A stretch of 64,000 nt of DNA from Acidobacteriota bacterium (GCA_965205565.1 CBDBID010000043.1:135997-199996); one strand, 5' to 3'; numbered from the stretch's first letter, positions 50,428-62,139 are shown. The notes: generated by a model not told the origin, from the letters alone. Numbers and translations: made by a program.

Positions 50428-51453
50428 TCACTCCAGGCTGATTCTCCTCAGAAGGCCGCTGTCGGCCAGCAGCCTACCGGTTCCTAGAACTGCCGAAGAA
50501 AGAGGGTCCTCGGCCCGAAAAATGAGCAGCCCGGTTTCGGACTTCAGCCTCAGGTCGAGATTCCTCAACAGCGCTCCCCCTCCGGTGAGAACAATCCCCT
50601 TGTCCACAATGTCGGCCGATAGCTCGGGGGGAGTCCGCGCCAATGCCACCCGCACGGCATTAATGATGGTCTTGACAGTGTTGGAAAGGGCCTCGCGCAC
50701 TTCCTCGTCCGTAATGGTGGCCGTCTTGGGGATGCCTTCTATGAGGTCTCGACCCTTGATCTGCATCAGCATTTTCTTTTCCAGGGGTGCGGCTGACCCG
50801 ATCTGGATCTTGACCTGCTCCGCGCTGCGCTCGCCAATCAGTAGGTTGTGCCTTCGCTTGATGTACTGGATGATCGATTCATCCATCTCATGTCCGGCCA
50901 CGCGTACCGAGCGGCTGTACACGATGCCCGAGAGGCTGATCACTGCAATGTCGGTGGTGCCTCCCCCCAGATCGACCACCATGTTGCCGCTGGGCTCCGT
51001 GATGGGGAGTCCCGCACCGAGGGCTGCGGCCATGGCCTCTTCGACCAGATAGACTTCACTGGCCTTGGCTTGCAGAGCAGACTCACGAACCGCTCGCTTC
51101 TCGACCTGAGTGATATCCGAGGGGATGCACATCACGATACGAGGGCTGACGAGGTGGTTTCGGTTGTGGGCCTTTTTGATAAAGTGTTTCAGCATTTCTT
51201 TGGTAATGTCGAAATCGCCGATCACTCCATCCTTCATGGGTTTGATGGCGACAATGTTCCCGGGGGTCCGGCCCAGCATGTTCTTGGCCGCGCGACCCAC
51301 GGCTGCGACGCGGTTGGTGATCTTGTCGATGGCGACAATCGAAGGCTCATCCACGACAATCCCTCGGCCTCGGGCGTAGACCAAGGTGTTTGCCGTTCCG
51401 AGATCGATGGCCAGATCATTCGAGAAATAGCTGAAAAGTGACCTGAGGTTCAT
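50428..51453 (-). CDS. mreB: Rod shape-determining protein MreB
   Basis: IDLGTANTLVY, actin-fold phosphate loops (DLGGGTTD) and a C-terminal ...AVLGTG. Confidence 0.9.
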   Translation of the reverse strand: MNLRSLFSYFSNDLAIDLGTANTLVYARGRGIVVDEPSIVAIDKITNRVAAVGRAAKNMLGRTPGNIVAIKPMKDGVIGDFDITKEMLKHFIKKAHNRNHLVSPRIVMCIPSDITQVEKRAVRESALQAKASEVYLVEEAMAAALGAGLPITEPSGNMVVDLGGGTTDIAVISLSGIVYSRSVRVAGHEMDESIIQYIKRRHNLLIGERSAEQVKIQIGSAAPLEKKMLMQIKGRDLIEGIPKTATITDEEVREALSNTVKTIINAVRVALARTPPELSADIVDKGIVLTGGGALLRNLDLRLKSETGLLIFRAEDPLSSAVLGTGRLLADSGLLRRISLE

Positions 51454-51765
51454 GTGATTTCCTCAAAGCGGGGTCGAACACAGTCTCCGCAGTCCTGTTT
51501 TGCCTCGTACAAGGCCTGGTCGGGCCGGATGAGTTAGCTCCTGGGCGGTCCTGCCGTGGTCGGGAAACGGCGCGCCACGCCGGCCACTCATTTTAACCGA
51601 CAAGACAGTTCTTGGAACTCTAGCTAATGCCCAAGATGTAGTATTTGTGCAACAAAGCGCCTTGTACCCTCCGTCGATCCCGGTTCTAATTGGCCGTACC
51701 CGAAGGGATCTACTTGCCCATCATCGCCTCAGGATCTTGACAAGGGTTGTGGACGCATGCTAGTT

Positions 51766-51792
51766 TTAGCACTCTCAGTGGTCAAGTGCTAG
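51766..51792 (+). promoter_or_regulatory. CIRCE-like HrcA operator (TTAGCACTC-N9-AAGTGCTAG) upstream of groES, with a TTGACA -35-like hexamer at 51737-51742
   Basis: Matches the CIRCE consensus TTAGCACTC-N9-GAGTGCTAA at 16/18 positions. It lies about 90 nt upstream of the groES start. Confidence 0.65.
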
Positions 51793-51881
51793 AAAGGACG
51801 GCCAAAGCTATCGGCTCCCGAAGGTCGGACTGAAAACGAAAGTTTTCTTTTTTTTGAAATGAGGGAAAAGGAGTTTGAACG

Positions 51882-52193
51882 ATGACGATGAGACCGCTAC
51901 ACGATCGCATCCTGGTGAAGCGGATGGAAGAGCAGGAAGATATTCAGGGAGGGATCGTCATTCCGGACACCGCGAAAGAGAAACCCCAGGAAGGAGAAGT
52001 CGTGGCTGTCGGAGACGGGAAGATTCTCGACAATGGCCAGAAGCTGACCATGTCGCTCAAGGCCGGGGATCGTATCCTGTTAGGGAAATACGCTGGAACC
52101 GAGGTCAAGCTGGACGGCGAAGAGTACCTGCTCATGCGGGAAGACGAGGTGCTGGGCGTTTTGACCGGGAAGAAGACCAAAGTCCTAGCCTGA
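51882..52193 (+). CDS. groES: Co-chaperonin GroES
   Basis: RPLHDRILVKR...GGIVIPDTAKEKPQEGEVVAVG... Confidence 0.9.
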   Translation: MTMRPLHDRILVKRMEEQEDIQGGIVIPDTAKEKPQEGEVVAVGDGKILDNGQKLTMSLKAGDRILLGKYAGTEVKLDGEEYLLMREDEVLGVLTGKKTKVLA

Positions 52194-53888
<1,695 letters not shown>

Positions 53889-53925
53889 AATCTGCAGTCC
53901 GGAGAAATTTTCCCCTTTTCGATAC

Positions 53926-53947
53926 AGGGCCTCGCTTCTGAGGCCCT
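53926..53947 (+). terminator. GC-rich hairpin (agggcctc-gcttct-gaggccct) 38 nt after the groEL stop. There is no U-tract.
   Basis: An 8-bp perfect stem read directly from the sequence. Confidence 0.3.
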
Positions 53948-54205
53948 CCGAGGCTGATATGAGAAATGTCGATTTGACGCTTTCCACCTCCCCACCACCC
54001 AAACCACCAGCGACCAACTTCGTGGATGCCATCATCGAGCACTTCCGACAGACCCACACTATTCCCACGGCCCAAATCTTCGAGCAGCAAAGACCGCCCG
54101 TGCCCACTCCCCAAGACCCTCCTGTTCCCCCACCCAAGGATATCTACTAGAGCGGGCTTTCTGGTTTAGAATCCAGAGCTGGCCCCCGAAAACTGGACGA
54201 TTTGC

Positions 54206-55450
54206 TAAGGTGGCTCCGACCTGAATGAGAAAGGACGGGGAGTCATGGCAAAACGAAGGAATTTTTCAGCCCAATTCAGAGCGAAAGTGGCGCTTGAGGC
54301 GCTTCGAAGCTAACACCGCGTGAGTGAGCTGGTAGCCCGCTACGAGATCCACCCGAATCTGATCACGAACGGGAAGAAACGGGTGCGAGAAGGGATGGTG
54401 GAGGTGTTCAAGGGCAAAGCGGACAAGGGCAGGGCCGGCACACAAGCCGAGAGCAAGGAGCTGTACGCCAAGATCGGCGAGCTGACGGTGGAAAAGGATT
54501 TTTTGTCCAAAGTGCTCGATCGTTGAGTGTGAAGGCCAGACAGGCCGCGATCGAGCCGGGGCACCGTCGGCTGAGCATCCGCAGACAATGCTCTTTGATG
54601 AGTTTGTCTCGTTCGACGTATTACTATGAGCCCCAGGGAGAGAACCCCCGGAACCTGCAACTGATGAGACGAATGGACGAGCAGTTCTTAGAGACGCCCT
54701 ACTACGGGTCCCGACAGATGGTTTATCACTTGCGTCGGCAGGGCTATCGAGTGGGCCGTAAACGAGTGCACCGCCTGATGGCAAAGATGGGCCTGGCAGC
54801 CATCTACCCGAAGCCACGCGCCTCCAAGCCCAATGTGGGCCATCAAGTGTCTCCGTACCTGCTTCGAGATCTGGAGGTCAATCAGCCCGATCAGGTGTGG
54901 TGCGCGGACGTGACTACATTCCGATGCGGAGAGGTTTTTTGTACCTGGTGGCGATCATGGACTGGTACAGCCGGATGGTGCTGTCCTGGAGGCTGTCGAA
55001 CACGCTGGAGCCGGACTTTTGTGCCGAGGCACTGCAGCAAGCGCTGGTGATCTACAATAACAATAAGCCGGAGATCTTCGATACCGACCAGGGAAGTCAG
55101 TTCACCAGCACACTTTTCACTGGCTTGTTGCGAGATGCCTGGGTACGCATCTCGATGGACGGCAAGGGCCGCTGGATGGACAATGTTTTTATCGAGCGAC
55201 TGTGGCGTTCACTCAAGTACGAATGCGTCTATCTGAATGTTTTCGAGACCGGAACCGAGGCCCGACTGGGTATCGGACAGTGGATTGAGCGATACAACTC
55301 CCAACGACCCCATTCGACCCATCAGGGAGCGACCCCAGAGGAGGTGTGCACTGGCCTGGTCAAAAATACTGAGAGGGACCTCGCCCTTGGGCTCGCCCCC
55401 TCTCAGTATTTCCCAGACTGGCGGCAACAAGAACTACGGAGTCCACCTTA
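54206..55450 (+). mobile_element. IS3-family insertion sequence (about 1245 bp), decayed. orfA has a TAA nonsense codon at 54311-54313. orfB is frameshifted near 54911-54925. Imperfect inverted repeats are taaggtggctccgac at the left and ggagtccacctta at the right.
   Basis: orfA begins MAKRRNFSAQFRAKVALEALRS*HRVSELVARYEIHPNLI... orfB overlaps the orfA stop (54523). DDE core VWCADVT | YIPMRRGFLYLVAIMDWYSRMVLSW... Confidence 0.7.
54245..54526 (+). pseudogene. IS3-family OrfA (HTH) with a premature TAA
   Basis: See the mobile element above. The ORF track only calls 54320..54526 because of the upstream stop. Confidence 0.65.
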
Positions 55451-55451
55451 A
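54523..55451 (+). pseudogene. IS3-family OrfB (DDE integrase core). It is split into 54523..55050 and 54897..55451.
   Basis: ...KPNVGHQVSPYLLRDLEVNQPDQVWCADVT then a frame switch to YIPMRRGFLYLVAIMDWYSR...DQGSQFTS...ERLWRSLKYE. Confidence 0.65.
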
Positions 55452-55599
55452 AAATGCCGCCAACTGGTCCAACCGATCGGGTCCACCTCTCCTCCCGCTG
55501 TTCTGGCCGCAGCGATCCTGTTTGGGTCCAGCTAGGATCGGTGGAGAGGTTGCAGCCAGCTTCGGTCTTTTCGTCCCACCGAGGACGGGCAAACCATGA

Positions 55600-55803
55600 T
55601 CGGCGGGGAAAATCTTGCGCGTCAGCCCAGAAGGTGACATTCCTAAAGACAACCCCTTTCCCGCCTCTCCCATCTTTGCCTACGGGAACCGGGTGATGCA
55701 GGGTTTAGCCTGGGACCCCGAGACCGGAGTCCTGTTTAATTCCGAACACGGACCATCCGGAGGGAGCCGTCTAATGAGTGACAACGCCGCTGCTTGGGCG
55801 TGA
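55600..55803 (+). pseudogene. C-terminal fragment of a GSDH-family (PQQ sugar dehydrogenase-like) gene. It lies next to the right end of the IS3 element.
   Basis: GKILRVSPEGDIPKDNPF...PIFAYGNRVMQGLAWDPETGVLFNSEHGPSGG matches the GSDH ...NPF...YAYGHRNPQG...EHGP block. There is no N-terminal part upstream. Confidence 0.5.
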
Positions 55804-56051
55804 GGCCAATCGCAAGGGGGGCCCTGTTGTCTATTTCCGCACAGTTCTTCGTCAGCCTCTCCGTAGGGTACCTCTCAGGGCTGCCTCTCGTTGGGATTGA
55901 TGATAGGGGTGGGCGGGTGAATCAGCCGGGTCTGCAATGGAGGCGGCTTTACCCGAGCGAATCCTGGACATAAAGGTTGGAGGTCTGATAGATTTTAACC
56001 ATCTACCATGGGAAGAGCGGAAGAAGGTCTATCCGGGGCCGATTATGAGGA

Positions 56052-57662
56052 ATGGTCGTTGAGATGAACATACTTCTGTACACGCCTGACAACCAGGTAA
56101 CACGCAACCACATGCCACACCTCTGGATGTTCGTTCTTCAAGCGCTCACTCCACCCGAACATGAGGTCTTCCTCATAGATGGCAATGCTCAGCCATTAAC
56201 GGAAATGGAAATAGTAGATTTTGTCCGGAAGAATAAGATCAAACTGGTCGGAATCGGTTGTATGACTCGTGTGGCTGCCCAAGCCTATCGAGTGGCGGAT
56301 GCGGTTCGCGCCGCCGGTGTCAAGGTGGTTATGGGAGGGCCTCACGTCACCGAAGTGCCGGACGAGCCGATTGGACGTGACAGCGAGCCTCGGCACGCCG
56401 ATGCTGTCGCTCTCGGTGAGACCGATGACATCTGGCCGCAAATCGTACGAGACGCCCAACGAAACCAACTCCGCGAAGTTTACAGACCCATAGATGAAAC
56501 GGGAAAAGAGATCAAGCCGTCACTGGCGGACTACCCCCGCATTCCATGGGATCGGATGAATCTAGACCAGTTCAATCTCGTCAGGAAGATACCTTCGTGG
56601 GGACGCTACCTCATGAGACGGGCAGGCCTAGACTGGAAGAGCTTGTATGTACTACCAGTCGAATCGGGACGTGGTTGTCCTTACGGCTGTGATTTTTGTA
56701 CAGTCACGGGATTTTTTGGGAAGTCTATTCGGTATCGGACGGACGAGAGCGTGGTCGATGAGTTGCATCGTATCAAAGAGCGAGCGAAATTGGAGGGAGG
56801 CAAGGTGTGCGTCTTCTTCATCGATGACAATTTTGCCATCAACGTCAAGCGAACCAAGTCGTTGCTTCGTGAAATGATCGCTCGTGACGCCGTGTTGCCC
56901 TGGGTGGCCCAAATCAGCATGAATCTACTTCGTGACGAAGAACTGGTCGACCTGATCGCTGCCAGTGGAGGGCACTGGATATTCATGGGACTTGAGTCGG
57001 TTGACGCTGAGAGCCTGAAGGGGGTCAACAAAGGGTTCAATAAGCCGGATCAATACAAAGCGGTCATAGAGCGGTTAGCGGACCGGGGCATTTACGCCAT
57101 CACCTCCTTCATCTTTGGAATGGACACAGACCGCCCCGGTGTCGCAAAGAAAACACTCCAAGCTATAGAGTCCTGGCCTCCTGGCCTCCCGGTATTCGGG
57201 CTTCTCACGCCGTATCCCGCCACCCCTCTCTACGATCGTCTCCTCCAGCAGAATCGTCTCACCCGACCCAAACACTGGCTCGACTTCCGTCCTTTCCGGA
57301 TGGCTTTCACACCCGAGAATATCAGCGTGGAACAAGCCGAATCCGAAGTTCACGAGGCCTGGAGTCGTTGTTACGATCCACAGGCCATTGCCGCCGGTCT
57401 CAAGAAGATTGAAGGACGTCCGTTTATCGAACGCGCCGCGATGTTCTTCGCACGGCTCACCTTTCGGGGCATCTATTTCCCCCAGATGAAGGTACGGTCA
57501 TGGATTTCACTGTTGTTCAGCAACCGCCGGACCTTGCTGAAGTTAATACACGAGGGCTTTATTGCTCATCAGAGGCACCGTCAAAGCACGAGGCCAACGG
57601 ACGACTTGGGCCGGGTCTCTGTTAAACGGGTTAAACGCCTTAAGAGGATTTTCCCGGTTTAA
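56052..57662 (+). CDS. B12-binding radical SAM protein (class B), with a DUF4070-like C-terminus
   Basis: N-terminal cobalamin-binding region (IKLVGIGCMTRVAAQAY...VVMGGPHVT). Radical SAM Cys triad CPYGCDFC. Confidence 0.75.
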   Translation: MVVEMNILLYTPDNQVTRNHMPHLWMFVLQALTPPEHEVFLIDGNAQPLTEMEIVDFVRKNKIKLVGIGCMTRVAAQAYRVADAVRAAGVKVVMGGPHVTEVPDEPIGRDSEPRHADAVALGETDDIWPQIVRDAQRNQLREVYRPIDETGKEIKPSLADYPRIPWDRMNLDQFNLVRKIPSWGRYLMRRAGLDWKSLYVLPVESGRGCPYGCDFCTVTGFFGKSIRYRTDESVVDELHRIKERAKLEGGKVCVFFIDDNFAINVKRTKSLLREMIARDAVLPWVAQISMNLLRDEELVDLIAASGGHWIFMGLESVDAESLKGVNKGFNKPDQYKAVIERLADRGIYAITSFIFGMDTDRPGVAKKTLQAIESWPPGLPVFGLLTPYPATPLYDRLLQQNRLTRPKHWLDFRPFRMAFTPENISVEQAESEVHEAWSRCYDPQAIAAGLKKIEGRPFIERAAMFFARLTFRGIYFPQMKVRSWISLLFSNRRTLLKLIHEGFIAHQRHRQSTRPTDDLGRVSVKRVKRLKRIFPV

Positions 57663-57844
57663 AGGAATGGCGCGATGCAGTGGACGAGTATCAGAAGATG
57701 GCCAAGCACTGACCAAGCTTTCGAAATCTGTCTCCCAAATGTTTCCCACTGCGTTTCCGAATGTTTCCTAATCTTTCGGCTTTTCGGGTGGCGGAAAACC
57801 CAGTCAAGTGGTTGTTTTTCCTAACGTTTCGGCCTTTTCTAGGA

Positions 57845-57894
57845 TTGGTCTACGAAACCAAAGGTCGCAGGTTCAAATCCTGTCGGGCGCTCCA
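57845..57894 (+). tRNA. 5'-truncated tRNA-Arg (anticodon ACG) fragment. It has the anticodon arm, T-arm, 3' acceptor strand and CCA. The 5' acceptor strand and D-arm are missing.
   Basis: The anticodon stem ttggt/accaa is perfect. T-arm gcagg-ttcaaat-cctgt. cgggcgc-t-cca at the 3' end. No gcgcccg or D-arm upstream. Confidence 0.6.
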
Positions 57895-58805
57895 CTTAAC
57901 CCTTGGATTCCATTGATCTTGAGTTGATATTTACTGCACCGAACTGGTGCCACTTTCTCCGTCGTACAACATTTCTACAACGTCATTACCCTGACCCAGT
58001 GCTTGATCCAGAGCGGAAGAAGACGTCTCCAGCTCTCGGGCGTCCACTGGTCAAACGTGGACATTGGGTCTCACTTTTGCACCCTATCCGCACCCGGCGA
58101 GTCCCGGTTTGCCCTCTAAGGCTAACTGTGTCTCCGGTCAGTCTACTGCAATATGGCTGACGTTCAGGGTGTTTCGGTATAGTACTCCTTGTGAAAAATC
58201 GAGAAAAAAGCTCGATATTGGGGGGCCCATTCTGGCAGATGAGTACAGGAAAGAAGATCCACACTGGCCCCAAAACCAGGGACGAGATCCTAGGCAAATT
58301 CGGGGATAGTGTCCGAACTATCATGCGCGGCAGTCCCGAATCCGGCCGAAAACCCAGTGAGTACTTCGAAAGGGAAAAGGTTGCTCTCAGGAAGCGTAGA
58401 GATGGCGAAGCGTGTAGAAAAGCAAGGGATTGCGCCGAGGTCACCGGTTCCGGTGTCAGATACTCGGAAGGTTGGCTGTGTAGATCATGCTGGCGAAGCG
58501 AGATGAGTCGGCGTAAGGGCAGGAACGAGCGCCGCAGATTGTCCAAAGGTGATTCCGGCTTTGTTCCATCCTACCCTTGGCAAAAACAGACCTTTCGCAT
58601 TGAGAATCTGCATGTCATCGATTTCAACTTCGGGCGGTTCGACGGGCTTCGAGACGCAGAAAACTACTATGCTAGCAGAATGGGGGCGGAGAAAGATCAG
58701 AACTGATCCATTCCCTCAACTGCCGCTGCACCCCTGGGGCGGAGAAAACGCGGCTGGAATCCGGCTCTCACCAGCTGCGGCAACAGATGACCATCCGTGC
58801 CTACG

Positions 58806-60471
58806 CTACTTCCTATCCGGAAATCGGCTTTTTAAGACGCTCGTAGTCGAGTCGACCCCAATCAACGGCTGGCAATCCGTTATGTGCAGTGGGCTGGGGA
58901 CCTAAACGGACCACACAGAGTCGATTTTAGTCGATTTCAAGAGACACTTCGGCCCTTTGCCAGACGGATCGAGATGTCAGCCGCAGGAGCACCTCTACAA
59001 TCGCAGGCGCGCCAGTACCAGCAGATTGTAGGAAAGGGTCGAGAGCTGCAGGTACTGCTGGAAGCGCTGCCAGCCTTTCCAGTGGCAGCGGTCCAGCCCG
59101 AAGACGCGCTTGAGCATCGAGATACAGCCTTCGATGCCGGCCCGAAAGCGGCGCAGTTGTTTGTATACCCAGCTGGAGGAGACCATCGATTCGATCGAGA
59201 GTCCGCACTTTTTGGCGAAAGCCACATCCTTGAGGCCGGGTTTGTTTTTGGCCAAGGCCAAGTTCGCTTTCGATGCAAAGCCCCCGTCCAAGCTGGCCTG
59301 ACGCGGATAAGAGCCGTATTGATGGCAGTGCCGATCTAGCATCGTCTCCAGGTAAGTGCTATCGGACGGGTTGCCCCGCACCGGCAGACAATCCAGGATC
59401 AGAGAGGATCTGCCACAGGATAGAAAAACTTTGTGCCCATAGACCGTTTCCCGGCCGCCTTTGCGAATCAGATCGGTGTGCTCCTCGAAAATGGAAACCA
59501 CCTTGTGGCTGGCCGGGACCGATTCCCCCCGCAAAACACGACGCTCGGTCTGATCGATCACTCGATGGGTCAGTTCCAGGTAGTGTTCGAGTAAGCTCCT
59601 CTCTCGCACAACACGGGGATGGCTGGAGTCTTCGCAGGCCGCCAGGGCTGCCCGGGCGTAGCCTGCCATCTTGCGGGTGACTTTGAGCAGATCGCGATAA
59701 GGGCCAATGCGCAGGGTCTGACGGCGGGCATTGCTGATGGCCAGACAGCGGCGGCGAGCCCGCAAGCCATGATCCCGGTAAGGGAAGTCGACAAAACAAG
59801 AAAGTCGTCCCAGCCAACGGGCCAGCACCCGTACGCAATCAGAGAGCAGTTGATTATCGGTGGGGTGGTGGATCTCACTCTCCACCGGGGTGGCGTCGAT
59901 TCTGACCTTCTCTCCCTTCTCCAAGCCTTGCTCACAGGCCCAGTCCACCAGCGCCGCGTTGATGGCCCGCCAGGTTGAGTGGCGGATGCGCGAGAGGTTC
60001 TCGGCCAGGGTGGAACGAGCCGGGGTCCAGCCCAAAGGCAGCCGGCAGAAGGCCCGCAAGCTCACAGAATCGGCCAGGTGAAAGGCCAAGCGGTCATAGG
60101 AGAACTGATGCATCTGTTTGATCACACCACAGCGCAACACCTGCTCCCCGCTCATTCCCGGAGCCCCTTTTGTCGAGTCTGCCTCACTGAGATCTTGCCA
60201 GACCCGTTCGTTCAGCTTAGAATTTTCATCGAGGATCTTGGAAATCTCCCGCAGTTCCTGTGCGTGCTGGTGATCGGGCCAGAGGGGAGTCAGCGGCAGC
60301 TGATTTTCACGACTTTGACGCATCTTTGACCTCCTGGCTTTGCCGTAAGTCTTGTTGTTTCAATGTTTTGTGAACATTATTGTACCAAGACACCACGACA
60401 ACAATGGAGGTCGAAGATGCGGCCTAAGCCTTTTATTTACAACTATTTATCCTTTTCCGGATGAGAACTAG
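58806..60471 (-). mobile_element. IS element copy 1 (1666 bp). It has one 442-aa DDE transposase. Imperfect inverted repeats CTACTTCCTATCCGGAAA and CTAGTTCTCATCCGGAAA. The family is tentatively IS1380-like, judged from size and architecture.
   Basis: The period between the two copies is 1668 bp. The boundaries come from self-alignment of the two copies. Confidence 0.7.
58995..60323 (-). CDS. DDE transposase (IS4/IS5-superfamily, IS1380-like), copy 1
   Basis: 442 aa. C-terminal block FRAGIEGCISMLKRVFGLDRCHWKGWQRFQQYLQLSTLSYNLLVLARL is typical of the IS4/IS5/IS1380 superfamily. Confidence 0.7.
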   Translation of the reverse strand: MRQSRENQLPLTPLWPDHQHAQELREISKILDENSKLNERVWQDLSEADSTKGAPGMSGEQVLRCGVIKQMHQFSYDRLAFHLADSVSLRAFCRLPLGWTPARSTLAENLSRIRHSTWRAINAALVDWACEQGLEKGEKVRIDATPVESEIHHPTDNQLLSDCVRVLARWLGRLSCFVDFPYRDHGLRARRRCLAISNARRQTLRIGPYRDLLKVTRKMAGYARAALAACEDSSHPRVVRERSLLEHYLELTHRVIDQTERRVLRGESVPASHKVVSIFEEHTDLIRKGGRETVYGHKVFLSCGRSSLILDCLPVRGNPSDSTYLETMLDRHCHQYGSYPRQASLDGGFASKANLALAKNKPGLKDVAFAKKCGLSIESMVSSSWVYKQLRRFRAGIEGCISMLKRVFGLDRCHWKGWQRFQQYLQLSTLSYNLLVLARLRL

Positions 60472-60473
60472 CT

Positions 60474-62139
60474 CTACTTCCTATCCGGAAATCGGCTTTT
60501 TAAGACGCTCGTAGTCGAGTCGACCCCAATCAACGGCTGGCAATCCGTTATGTGCAGTGGGCTGGGGACCTAAACGGACCACACAGAGTCGATTTTAGTC
60601 GATTTCAAGAGACACTTCGGCCCTTTGCCAGACGGATCGAGATGTCAGCCGCAGGAGCACCTCTACAATCGCAGGCGCGCCAGTACCAGCAGATTGTAGG
60701 AAAGGGTCGAGAGCTGCAGGTACTGCTGGAAGCGCTGCCAGCCTTTCCAGTGGCAGCGGTCCAGCCCGAAGACGCGCTTGAGCATCGAGATACAGCCTTC
60801 GATGCCGGCCCGAAAGCGGCGCAGTTGTTTGTATACCCAGCTGGAGGAGACCATCGATTCGATCGAGAGTCCGCACTTTTTGGCGAAAGCCACATCCTTG
60901 AGGCCGGGTTTGTTTTTGGCCAAGGCCAAGTTCGCTTTCGATGCAAAGCCCCCGTCCAAGCTGGCCTGACGCGGATAAGAGCCGTATTGATGGCAGTGCC
61001 GATCTAGCATCGTCTCCAGGTAAGTGCTATCGGACGGGTTGCCCCGCACCGGCAGACAATCCAGGATCAGAGAGGATCTGCCACAGGATAGAAAAACTTT
61101 GTGCCCATAGACCGTTTCCCGGCCGCCTTTGCGAATCAGATCGGTGTGCTCCTCGAAAATGGAAACCACCTTGTGGCTGGCCGGGACCGATTCCCCCCGC
61201 AAAACACGACGCTCGGTCTGATCGATCACTCGATGGGTCAGTTCCAGGTAGTGTTCGAGTAAGCTCCTCTCTCGCACAACACGGGGATGGCTGGAGTCTT
61301 CGCAGACCGCCAGGGCTGCCCGGGCGTAGCCTGCCATCTTGCGGGTGACTTTGAGCAGATCGCGATAAGGGCCAATGCGCAGGGTCTGACGGCGGGCATT
61401 GCTGATGGCCAGACAGCGGCGGCGAGCCCGCAAGCCATGATCCCGGTAAGGGAAGTCGACAAAACAAGAAAGTCGTCCCAGCCAACGGGCCAGCACCCGT
61501 ACGCAATCAGAGAGCAGTTGATTATCGGTGGGGTGGTGAATCTCACTCTCCACCGGGGTGGCGTCGATTCTGACCTTCTCTCCCTTCTCCAAGCCTTGCT
61601 CACAGGCCCAGTCCACCAGCGCCGCGTTGATGGCCCGCCAGGTTGAGTGGCGGATGCGCGAGAGGTTCTCGGCCAGGGTGGAACGAGCCGGGGTCCAGCC
61701 CAAAGGCAGCCGGCAGAAGGCCCGCAAGCTCACAGAATCGGCCAGGTGAAAGGCCAAGCGGTCATAGGAGAACTGATGCATCTGTTTGATCACACCACAG
61801 CGCAACACCTGCTCCCCGCTCATTCCCGGAGCCCCTTTTGTCGAGTCTGCCTCACTGAGATCTTGCCAGACCCGTTCGTTCAGCTTAGAATTTTCATCGA
61901 GGATCTTGGAAATCTCCCGCAGTTCCTGTGCGTGCTGGTGATCGGGCCAGAGGGGAGTCAGTGGCAGCTGATTTTCACGACTTTGACGCATCTTTGACCT
62001 CCTGGCTTTGCCGTAAGTCTTGTTGTTTCAATGTTTTGTAAACATTATTGTACCAAGACACCACGACAACAATGGAGGTCGAAGATGCGGCCTAAGCCTT
62101 TTATTTACAACTATTTATCCTTTTCCGGATGAGAACTAG
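60474..62139 (-). mobile_element. IS element copy 2 (1666 bp). It follows copy 1 head-to-tail after a 2-bp 'ct' spacer.
   Basis: Identical to copy 1 except for a few SNPs. In the transposase, A versus V at AAC/AVC. Elsewhere RP/RS and RS/RF. Confidence 0.7.
60663..61991 (-). CDS. DDE transposase (IS1380-like), copy 2
   Basis: Same 442-aa product as copy 1 with one substitution. Confidence 0.7.
   Translation of the reverse strand: MRQSRENQLPLTPLWPDHQHAQELREISKILDENSKLNERVWQDLSEADSTKGAPGMSGEQVLRCGVIKQMHQFSYDRLAFHLADSVSLRAFCRLPLGWTPARSTLAENLSRIRHSTWRAINAALVDWACEQGLEKGEKVRIDATPVESEIHHPTDNQLLSDCVRVLARWLGRLSCFVDFPYRDHGLRARRRCLAISNARRQTLRIGPYRDLLKVTRKMAGYARAALAVCEDSSHPRVVRERSLLEHYLELTHRVIDQTERRVLRGESVPASHKVVSIFEEHTDLIRKGGRETVYGHKVFLSCGRSSLILDCLPVRGNPSDSTYLETMLDRHCHQYGSYPRQASLDGGFASKANLALAKNKPGLKDVAFAKKCGLSIESMVSSSWVYKQLRRFRAGIEGCISMLKRVFGLDRCHWKGWQRFQQYLQLSTLSYNLLVLARLRL

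Noticed and set aside
58191-58706. 171-aa basic ORF between the partial tRNA and the IS dimer
   Set aside because: It is arginine and lysine-rich with no recognisable domain. It could be real island cargo or a spurious ORF. The evidence is not enough to call it a feature.
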